From contig CAXXVZ010000004.1 of assembly GCA_963678065.2 (NCBI GenBank), positions 256,001-320,000 of the forward strand: 64,000 nt of DNA, given 5' to 3'. The notes below the pieces were generated by a model, which was not told the origin of the DNA, searched no databases, and worked only from the letters and a program-made list of their open reading frames with translations. Source of the DNA: Treponemataceae bacterium (GTDB taxonomy: Bacteria; Spirochaetota; Spirochaetia; Treponematales; Rectinemataceae). The position numbers and the translations under genes are program-made. This document shows, piece after piece, positions 57,352 through 64,000 of this stretch (positions are counted from its first letter, which is position 1; the number at the start of each line of letters is the position of its first letter).

Positions 57352-59172
57352 TTATCGCTTCGAGTAGAGCGGCCCTAACGCGGCACAGGCGCGGAAATCG
57401 GAACCTTCGGGGTCCATGCCCATGGCGCTCCAGTAGCTCGGGCGGAAAATGCTGGCTTCGTCGACGTTGTGCATGCAGACCGGGATGCGCAGCATGGCGG
57501 CCAGGGCGATGAGGTCGGCGCCGATGTGGCCGTAGCTGATCGCGCCATGGTTTGCGCCCCAGTTGGCCATGACGGAGTAGACGTCCTTGAAGGGGCCCTC
57601 GCCGGTCAGGCGGGGGGCGAACCAGGTGGTCGGCCAGGTGGGATCGGTGCGGAGGTCGAGTTTGTCGTGGACTTCGCCGGGCAGGGTCGCGGTGACGCCT
57701 TCGGCTATCTGGAGGACGGGGCCGACTCCCTTCACGAGGTTGATCCTCGTCATGGTGACGGGCATGCCTCCCTCGGTGAGGAAGTCGGAGGAGTAGCCGC
57801 CTCCGCGGAAGTAGCCGAGGCTCGCGTAGCGCCAGCTCGTCGCGTCCAGGCATGCGCCGGCCTCTTCGGGGCTGATCTCCCAATACGGTTTCATGGCGGG
57901 CTTTCCGTCCACGCGCTGCTTGCCCGTGCCGTCCATGGTGGTGGCGCCCGAGTTGATGAGATGGATGAAGCCCTTCGCCGCCGCTCCTTCAGGCTTCCAG
58001 CCGGTGACGCGCTCGACTGCCTCGGGGCTCCAGTAGGTGCGCACGTCGGAGAAGATCTGTGCGGTGCCGGTGAGGAGATTTCCGAAGAGCATGGCGACGC
58101 CGTTCAGGGAGTCGTTCTCGGTCGCGACGACATAGGGCGCCCGGATTCCGGTCCAGTCGAAGCTGGAGTTGAGGATAGTCTCGAGGAAGTCGCCGTTCGG
58201 CATGTGGTCGGTCCAGGCGCGCTGGCCCTGGAAGCCCGCGAGGATGGCATTGTGGCCGAGAGCCTCTTCCTTGAGCCCTTTGCGCTTCAGGTCGGGGTTG
58301 CCGACCATGAGATCGCGCACGATCATGGCCATCTTGACGCTGGTCGCCCAGGCCTCGTCCTTGCGCTTGCGCGAGTGCTGCTTCTCGGGCGGATTGTTGT
58401 CCGGGCCCTCTTTGCAGTTCGCCTTCACCCACTCCATCGCGCGCTTGAACTCGGCGTCGGAGTAGATTTTTTCGTCCATGCGGCGGATGAGTTCGCTCAT
58501 GTCGACGAATTCGTTGCGCATGCCGAGCCAGGACTGGAAGAAGTCCGAGTCGACGATGGAGCCGGCGATGCCCATGGAGACGGAGCCGACCGAGAGGTAG
58601 GACTTGCCGCGCATCCAGGCGACGGCGAGGCCGGCGCGCGCGAAGCGGATGATCTTTTCGGCGACGTCGGCGGGGATCGAGCCTGTGTCGGAGAGGTCCT
58701 GGACGTCGTGGCCGTAGATGCCGAAGGCGGGCAGACCCTTCTGGTTGTGGGCCGCGAGGACGGCGGCGAGGTAGACGGCGCCGGGGCGGTCGGTGCCGTT
58801 GAAGCCCCAGACAGCCTTGACGGTCATGGGGTCCATGTCCATGGTCTCGGAGCCGTAACACCAGCAGGGCGTCACGGTCAGGGTGACGGCGACACCTTCG
58901 CGCAAGAATTTCTCCGCGCAGGCCGCGGCTTCGGCGACGCCGCCGATGGTGGAATCCGCGATGACGCACTCGACGGCCATGCCATTCGGGTGCTTCAGGG
59001 TCTTGGCGATGAGTTCGGCCGCGGCGCGGGCCATGCCCATCGTCACCCCTTCGAGGGACTCGCGCACGCCGCCCAGGCGGCCGTCGATGGTCGGCCGCAA
59101 GCCGATTTTGGGAAGTCCGCCCTTGAGCCTCATGACGGGTTCTTGCGTTGTGAGAGAAGAAAGATCAGCCAT
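57352..59172 (-). CDS. fucI: L-fucose isomerase
   Basis: [55 protein letters not shown]. Confidence 0.97.
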   Translation of the reverse strand: MADLSSLTTQEPVMRLKGGLPKIGLRPTIDGRLGGVRESLEGVTMGMARAAAELIAKTLKHPNGMAVECVIADSTIGGVAEAAACAEKFLREGVAVTLTVTPCWCYGSETMDMDPMTVKAVWGFNGTDRPGAVYLAAVLAAHNQKGLPAFGIYGHDVQDLSDTGSIPADVAEKIIRFARAGLAVAWMRGKSYLSVGSVSMGIAGSIVDSDFFQSWLGMRNEFVDMSELIRRMDEKIYSDAEFKRAMEWVKANCKEGPDNNPPEKQHSRKRKDEAWATSVKMAMIVRDLMVGNPDLKRKGLKEEALGHNAILAGFQGQRAWTDHMPNGDFLETILNSSFDWTGIRAPYVVATENDSLNGVAMLFGNLLTGTAQIFSDVRTYWSPEAVERVTGWKPEGAAAKGFIHLINSGATTMDGTGKQRVDGKPAMKPYWEISPEEAGACLDATSWRYASLGYFRGGGYSSDFLTEGGMPVTMTRINLVKGVGPVLQIAEGVTATLPGEVHDKLDLRTDPTWPTTWFAPRLTGEGPFKDVYSVMANWGANHGAISYGHIGADLIALAAMLRIPVCMHNVDEASIFRPSYWSAMGMDPEGSDFRACAALGPLYSKR

Positions 59173-59245
59173 TCCGATACCTCCATGATCCTGGATTTGC
59201 CGGAAGGATTCCGGCGATTGTCATTCGTTCCATATGTGCTCGCCT

Positions 59246-60241
59246 TCAGTGGCGTATGAGCCTTGTGGGCATGCGCAGTATCTCCGGGAAGGGCGGGCCG
59301 CCCTCGTTGATGCGGTCGACGAGGAGTCGGGCCGCGGCCTTCCCCATCTCGGCTATGGGCTGGGAGACGGAGTAGCGGCAGTTCCGCATGAGAGGCGCGT
59401 ATGGCATCTCATCGAAGGCGGCGAAGGTCACCCGATCACGGAAGGCCGAGCCTTCCGTCATAAGATAGTTCGTCGCCCCGAGGTGCGTGTCCGCGTTGAC
59501 GATGAAGTACGCGCGGGGTGGATCGGCTTGAGTCAGCATCTCCCTCATGGCCCGGTAGCCGGAATCGATGTGGAGCGGGCCGAAGCGCGTGAAAGCGGGT
59601 TCCACGCCGAGTCCGGCCTCGTCCATCGCCCTCTTGTAGCCGACATAGCGCTCGCGGGCCGTGGACACGTCGAGACTGCCGCCGATGAAGCCGATGCGGG
59701 AAAAGCCATCGGAGATGAGGGCCCGCGTCGCCTCGAAGGCTCCGCGCTCGTTGTCGGAAACCACTGCATCGGCTTCGACATCGCGCACGCAGCGGTCGAT
59801 GAAGAGGACGGGCGTTCCCGTCCCGATAAAGGAGCCGAGATGCCGGCCGCTATCGGTCGCGGGTATGATGACGAGGGCGTCGACGAGGCGCTCGAGCAAC
59901 AGCCTGACCCGTTTCTTCTCCTCCTCGGCGCTCTCGAGCGAAGAGCAGACGAAGATGCTGTAGCCCGATTGGGCGAGTTCGCGCTCGAGGTTTTCTGCGA
60001 GCAGCATGAAGAAGACCGAGTCGAGGGCGGGGGCGATGACGCCGACCGTGTGGGTCGATCTGGTCTTGAGGCTCCGCGCCACCTGATTCATGCGGTAGGA
60101 GAGACTCTCCACGGCGGAGCGGACTTTACGCCTGACTTCCTCCGAAGCGCGGGGATCGTCGTTGAGTACGCGTGAGACTGTCGCCGTGGACACCTCCGCG
60201 AGGGCGGCGACATCCCGGATCGTCACATTCTGTTTTTTCAT
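59246..60241 (-). CDS. LacI-family transcriptional regulator
   Basis: VTIRDVAALAEVSTATVSRVLN..NQVARSLK; sugar-binding C-terminal fold. Confidence 0.95.
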   Translation of the reverse strand: MKKQNVTIRDVAALAEVSTATVSRVLNDDPRASEEVRRKVRSAVESLSYRMNQVARSLKTRSTHTVGVIAPALDSVFFMLLAENLERELAQSGYSIFVCSSLESAEEEKKRVRLLLERLVDALVIIPATDSGRHLGSFIGTGTPVLFIDRCVRDVEADAVVSDNERGAFEATRALISDGFSRIGFIGGSLDVSTARERYVGYKRAMDEAGLGVEPAFTRFGPLHIDSGYRAMREMLTQADPPRAYFIVNADTHLGATNYLMTEGSAFRDRVTFAAFDEMPYAPLMRNCRYSVSQPIAEMGKAAARLLVDRINEGGPPFPEILRMPTRLIRH

Positions 60242-60360
60242 GCGGCCGCTCCGGCCATGTCAGGCTCGCGCCTTCGTGCTTCGCCGCAAAAGGCGATACC
60301 GGACTCGACGGGCGATGTCCCGGCCATGTATAGTCTGGGCAGAAGTGAAGGAGTGTGGGT

Positions 60361-60789
60361 ATGGACAATACAGCCGAACAGTTCTGGAAAAACTTCGAGA
60401 TGGAGACAGGCGAGAAGCTCGATGTGGCTTCCATGGGGCAGCTTTTCGAACCGGGCGACACGCGGGGCGAGTGGGGTCTCATCTTCCTGACGGACATGAC
60501 GCTGCGTTACCGGCACATGCCCTCCCAGAACTCCATACTCTCGCTCTTCAGCATGCGTCCAACTCCTTCGTCGACGAGCAAAGAGGTCGACCTCGTCTTT
60601 CCCTACGCCTCGATCATCTCGATCGAAACACCCCAAAGGACCTGGAAGGACAAGCTGTTCGGCTCTCCCTTCCAGCGCTTCACCGTCACCGTGACGACAG
60701 CCGGGGGAACGGAACGGAAGCTCACATTGAGCAGCGATCCCTCCCACAAGCTGGCCGAAAAACTCCGCGGACATTGCGGAAAATCCTGA
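60361..60789 (+). CDS. Hypothetical protein (possible PH-like fold)
   Basis: AAGGAG RBS and ATG at 60361; host-like codon use; GEWGLIFLTDMTLRY pattern. Confidence 0.6.
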   Translation: MDNTAEQFWKNFEMETGEKLDVASMGQLFEPGDTRGEWGLIFLTDMTLRYRHMPSQNSILSLFSMRPTPSSTSKEVDLVFPYASIISIETPQRTWKDKLFGSPFQRFTVTVTTAGGTERKLTLSSDPSHKLAEKLRGHCGKS

Positions 60790-60865
60790 GCCAGGGCCGA
60801 AATACGGCTTCCTCTGTTGCCCGGTTATGACCGGGCTTCGTCCGCGCGGCCTCTGCCCCCGCCCT

Positions 60866-61309
60866 CTAGCGGTTTTTCGCCACAGGAATCACACCCTTTT
60901 TCAGGATGATGTTTCCGTATTTGACTGTCTCGCCCGTCATGACGACAGCGAAGGCCGCTTTCGTCCTCTCGTAGAAGGCGAAGCGCTCCAGCCGGGCGAT
61001 GGCCGGCGCCTCGGGCCAGTGCCTGTCTATCGCGGCGCGGTAGGCTCTCTCGACGTCAGGATCGAGCCCGTCTCCGGGAACGGGCGCCATCATCACGAGG
61101 GGAGCGTCGGAGTAGGAATCCGGATTCATGAGGGCGAAGATACCGTCGAGAAGCTCGGGGATCCGGATGCCGTCGGCCCTTATGACGCGGGCGTTGCAGC
61201 TGTCTCCGGGAAAAAACGCGTCGGCGAGGACTATCTCGTCGCCGTGGCCCATCCGGGCGAGCACCGAGAGAAGTTCAGGGGAAATGCAGGGCGCTATTCC
61301 GATCAGCAT
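60866..61309 (-). CDS. fucU: L-fucose mutarotase (RbsD/FucU family)
   Basis: [55 protein letters not shown]. Confidence 0.93.
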   Translation of the reverse strand: MLIGIAPCISPELLSVLARMGHGDEIVLADAFFPGDSCNARVIRADGIRIPELLDGIFALMNPDSYSDAPLVMMAPVPGDGLDPDVERAYRAAIDRHWPEAPAIARLERFAFYERTKAAFAVVMTGETVKYGNIILKKGVIPVAKNR

Positions 61310-61334
61310 CGACACTCTCCTTAGATCCGAAAGT

Positions 61335-61362
61335 GGTTTCACACCCCGCAACTGCTGCGAGG
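61335..61362 (-). repeat. Short repeat family, degenerate copy in the fucU 5' leader
   Basis: Minus strand CCTCGCAGCAGTTGCGGGGTGTGAAACC aligns with plus-strand 3608-3636 CCCCGTAGCGCGCTGCGGGGTATGAAACC. Confidence 0.55.
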
Positions 61363-61390
61363 AGGATGAGATGACAGTCTCTCCGGGCAT

Positions 61391-61498
61391 ATTGTCCCTC
61401 CGTTCGGAAATTCTGTCAAGGAAAAAATGTAAACGATTACATGCTTTATTTTTTACCACATCGATAACAACATATGATCTATGTAAACGGTTTCACAT
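61391..61498. promoter_or_regulatory. fucU promoter and two LacI-type operators
   Basis: Minus-strand TTGACA-17-GACAAT (61419-61391); palindromes ATGTAAACGATTACAT (61427-61442) and ATGTAAACGGTTTCACAT (61481-61498). Confidence 0.7.
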
Positions 61499-61642
61499 GA
61501 ATGACGCAGCGTGGAGCTCGCACCCAAAGGTATCCGGGGCCGCCTCGAGCGTGAGATAAGCCGACACGCGAGTGGCCTTTCATTCCGGCTTTTGGGCCTG
61601 AAAGTCATGGACGCCTTTTCAGGCCTCGGATATATTCTTTCC

Positions 61643-62584
61643 ATGTTCGAGAACAGCACAAGCGGCAAGACCTTCCTCTGTGTCTGCCTCAATCCGGTTA
61701 TCCAGAAAACTCTCGTATTCGACAGGCTCGAGCCGGGAGAGGTCAACAGGACCGCCTCCTACCGGGTCGATGCCGCGGGCAAGGGCATCTGCCCGACCCG
61801 CGCGCTCACTCAGCTGGGCGAAAAAGCCATCCATCTGACCCAGCTCGGCGGCCCCACGCGGGACTGGTTCCTGTCGATGTGCGAGGCCGACGGTCTCACA
61901 GTCGAGCACGTCGAGTCGGGCTCGCCGATACGCTTCTGTACGACCCTCATAGAGCGGAAATCGAAAGAAGCTACGGAGCTCGTCGAGGAGGCGATTCCGG
62001 TAGCGGAGGGCACGGCGGAGCTGGTCCTCGAACGCTTCGAAGCGCTGATGCCGCAGGTCGACGCGGTCATGCTCTCGGGGACAGTGGCCGCGGGAATAGC
62101 CCCGGGCACGATGGGCCGGCTCGCCGCCCTCGCCCGCGCTTCCGGGAAACACCTCTACCTCGACATAAAAGGGAAGGACCTCCACGACTGCCTCCAATAC
62201 GGACCTTCCTGCGTGAAGCCGAACCTCGAGGAGCTGGCAGGGACCATGGGAATCTCCTACGCCGCGGTCAGGGGGGAGGATGAGGCCCGCAAACTCGTCG
62301 AGGAGGCGGGCAGAATCTTCCACGAACGCTACGGCACGCTCCTCGTCGTCACGCGCGGAGGAAAGTCCACCCTCTTCTGGGACGGATCGAAGCTCGGCGA
62401 ACGCGATGTCGATCCCGTCGACGTCGTCAATCCCATCGGCTCGGGCGATGCCTTCGGGGCGGGACTCGCACGCATGCTGGAAAGCGGTGCCAGTCTCGCG
62501 GAGGCGGTGGCAGAAGGAACGCGGCTCGGAGGCCTCAACGCCGCCCAGCTCAAACCCGGCTCGATACTGCCGGAAAGGACGTAA
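61643..62584 (+). CDS. 1-phosphofructokinase-like PfkB-family sugar kinase
   Basis: CLNPVIQKT, AAGKGIC, VKPNLEE, NPIGSGDAF; start codon uncertain. Confidence 0.88.
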   Translation: MFENSTSGKTFLCVCLNPVIQKTLVFDRLEPGEVNRTASYRVDAAGKGICPTRALTQLGEKAIHLTQLGGPTRDWFLSMCEADGLTVEHVESGSPIRFCTTLIERKSKEATELVEEAIPVAEGTAELVLERFEALMPQVDAVMLSGTVAAGIAPGTMGRLAALARASGKHLYLDIKGKDLHDCLQYGPSCVKPNLEELAGTMGISYAAVRGEDEARKLVEEAGRIFHERYGTLLVVTRGGKSTLFWDGSKLGERDVDPVDVVNPIGSGDAFGAGLARMLESGASLAEAVAEGTRLGGLNAAQLKPGSILPERT

Positions 62585-62588
62585 GGAC

Positions 62589-63374
62589 ATGGACGCGAAT
62601 CTCGACCTCATCAGGAGCAAGAGCGCCTTCATCATCGACATGGACGGCGTCATCTACCACGGGAACAGGCTCCTGCGCGGAGCATCCGAACTCGTGGCCT
62701 GGCTGCGCGCGGCGGGCAAGCGCTTCCTCTTCCTGACCAACTCGAGCGAGCGTTCGCCCGCGGAACTTTCGCAGAAACTCGCCCGTCTCGGCATCGAGGT
62801 CGAGCCTGAGCACTTCTACACGAGCGCTCTCGCGACGGCCGGCTTCCTCGCGAGCCAGCGACCCGGCGGTTCCGCCTACGTCATCGGCGAGCCGGGTCTC
62901 ATCAACGCGATGTACGAAGCCGGCTACACCATGAACAACGTGAATCCAGATTATGTCGTCGTGGGTGAGGCGAGATCGTACAGCCTCGACACGGTCGAAA
63001 AAGCCGTGAAGCTCGTCCTTGCGGGAGCGCGTCTCATCGGGACCAACCCCGACCTCACGGGGCCCGCGGAGGGAGGACTCGTCCCCGCCTGCGGCGCCCT
63101 CGTCTCGCCGATAGAGCTCGCCACCGGACGCAAGGCCTACTTCATCGGCAAACCCAACCCCCTCATGATGCGCCAGGCACTGAAGCGACTCGGAGCGACC
63201 CGCGAGGAGACGGCGATCATCGGCGATCGCATGGACACGGACATGATCGCCGGAATCGAGACCGATATCGAAACCGTGCTCGTTCTCTCAGGCGTAACGG
63301 GCCGCGACGATATAGGCCGCTTCGCCTACGCGCCGAAGCACATCCTCGAAGGAGTTTTCGAGATTCCGGACTGA
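62589..63374 (+). CDS. HAD-IIA phosphatase (NagD-like)
   Basis: DMDGVIY, FLTNSS, TNPD, IGKPNP, IGDRMDTD, LVLSGVT. Confidence 0.93.
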   Translation: MDANLDLIRSKSAFIIDMDGVIYHGNRLLRGASELVAWLRAAGKRFLFLTNSSERSPAELSQKLARLGIEVEPEHFYTSALATAGFLASQRPGGSAYVIGEPGLINAMYEAGYTMNNVNPDYVVVGEARSYSLDTVEKAVKLVLAGARLIGTNPDLTGPAEGGLVPACGALVSPIELATGRKAYFIGKPNPLMMRQALKRLGATREETAIIGDRMDTDMIAGIETDIETVLVLSGVTGRDDIGRFAYAPKHILEGVFEIPD

Positions 63375-63448
63375 TTCGCAGGCGGGTCCATACCCAGCAA
63401 GCTCTGCTTCGCTCTTTCTTGTGAAGTGACTATCGGGTATGGACCCGC
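63371..63448 (+). repeat. Short repeat family, copy at the HAD stop plus an inverted half
   Basis: cTGAttcgcaggcgggtccataccc at 63371-63395; GGGTATGGACCCGC at 63435-63448 is the exact reverse complement of 63382-63395. Confidence 0.85.
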
Positions 63449-63517
63449 ATACAATCCATTCCTTACAGAACGAACGATACCTCGGAGCTCTGCTCCGGGG
63501 TTCGTTCATTTCCGGTT

Positions 63518-64000
63518 TCAACCTATCCCGGAGAATGCCGCCTTGGTGGCCGCTATCATCTCACCGCGATGGCGGTCCATCGACGCGATGAGGGCCATCT
63601 GGGTCCTGGAACGGTCAAGATTGTGTCCGGGGCGGGAGATGTGGTAGTAGGTATCCCCCTCGAGATAGTCGGTGAGGAAGCGTATCCCCATGAGCATCGT
63701 GAGTATGCGTCCGCCTGCCGGAAGCAGCTCCCGCTCCATGGGGGTGAGAAAGCTCCCCCTGCCTCTGCCGCGGTCTGTCCCCGCTGCGTAGCCGCGGGCT
63801 ATGGCCTCGTACATGGGAAGAACGAACTCCATGCGCGAGCTGTCCGGGTCGTCCTCGGCCGTCGAGGCGGCGACGGTGCGGGCCAGATCTCCGAAGTCGT
63901 AGGCCGAGCTGCCCGGCATCACCGTGTCCAGGTCGATGAGGCAGATCGCCTCGTCGGTGGTCTCGTCCAGGAGCAGATTGTTCACCTTGGTGTCGTTGTG
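63518..64000 (-). CDS. Aminoglycoside phosphotransferase-fold sugar kinase (N-acetylhexosamine 1-kinase-like), 3' part
   Basis: HNDTKVNN (from the window edge), IDLDTVMPG, YDFGD, RFLTDYLEGD.YY, HNLDR. Confidence 0.85.
   Translation of the reverse strand, partial: HNDTKVNNLLLDETTDEAICLIDLDTVMPGSSAYDFGDLARTVAASTAEDDPDSSRMEFVLPMYEAIARGYAAGTDRGRGRGSFLTPMERELLPAGGRILTMLMGIRFLTDYLEGDTYYHISRPGHNLDRSRTQMALIASMDRHRGEMIAATKAAFSGIG

Noticed and set aside
61335..61362. CCCCGCAACTG resembles the conserved core of a cobalamin riboswitch
   Set aside because: The other conserved elements (GGGAA..GGTG.AA.TCC, B12 box) are absent and no B12 gene is adjacent. The stretch is better explained as a copy of the hairpin repeat.
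418..63133. Many long alternative-frame and antisense ORFs (for example 418-2124, 7903-9429, 14279-16606, 24139-25773, 55940-57883, 57469-59259)
   Set aside because: These are Arg/Pro/Gly-rich or antisense shadows of well-supported genes, expected in high-GC DNA, and show no family motifs.

Overview
GC-rich chromosomal window from an anaerobic bacterium. Gene style suggests a free-living spirochaete, but that is inference and cannot be shown from this window. It is dominated by carbohydrate and C1 metabolism. (i) A membrane histidine kinase with an unusual C-terminal GNAT/acyl-synthase-like domain. (ii) A corrinoid protein, RACo/RamA-type activator, PocR-AraC and CobW module. (iii) A GH3, two-esterase and oligosaccharide ABC locus with an internally deleted matB. 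(iv) A LacI-controlled cluster joining an L-rhamnose mutarotase and a monosaccharide ABC importer with three URO-D/MtaA-fold methyltransferase-like proteins, a membrane methyltransferase and DUF1638; this is the best candidate for an undescribed B12-dependent O-demethylation pathway for methylated deoxy-sugars. (v) An AT-richer c-di-GMP signalling islet whose HD-GYP response regulator is split by a 1395-bp IS (17-bp TIRs, TTTT target duplication). (vi) An AbgB-like amidohydrolase, DUF5058 and CapA operon. (vii) A LarA-like, four-carbon acid-sugar kinase, PdxA and AKR operon. (viii) An L-fucose locus (fucI, fucU, LacI, PfkB kinase, HAD). A short hairpin repeat family recurs at four loci, three of them starting exactly at a TGA stop codon. 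No rRNA, tRNA or CRISPR array was seen. All family assignments come from motif recognition by eye; no database search was run.
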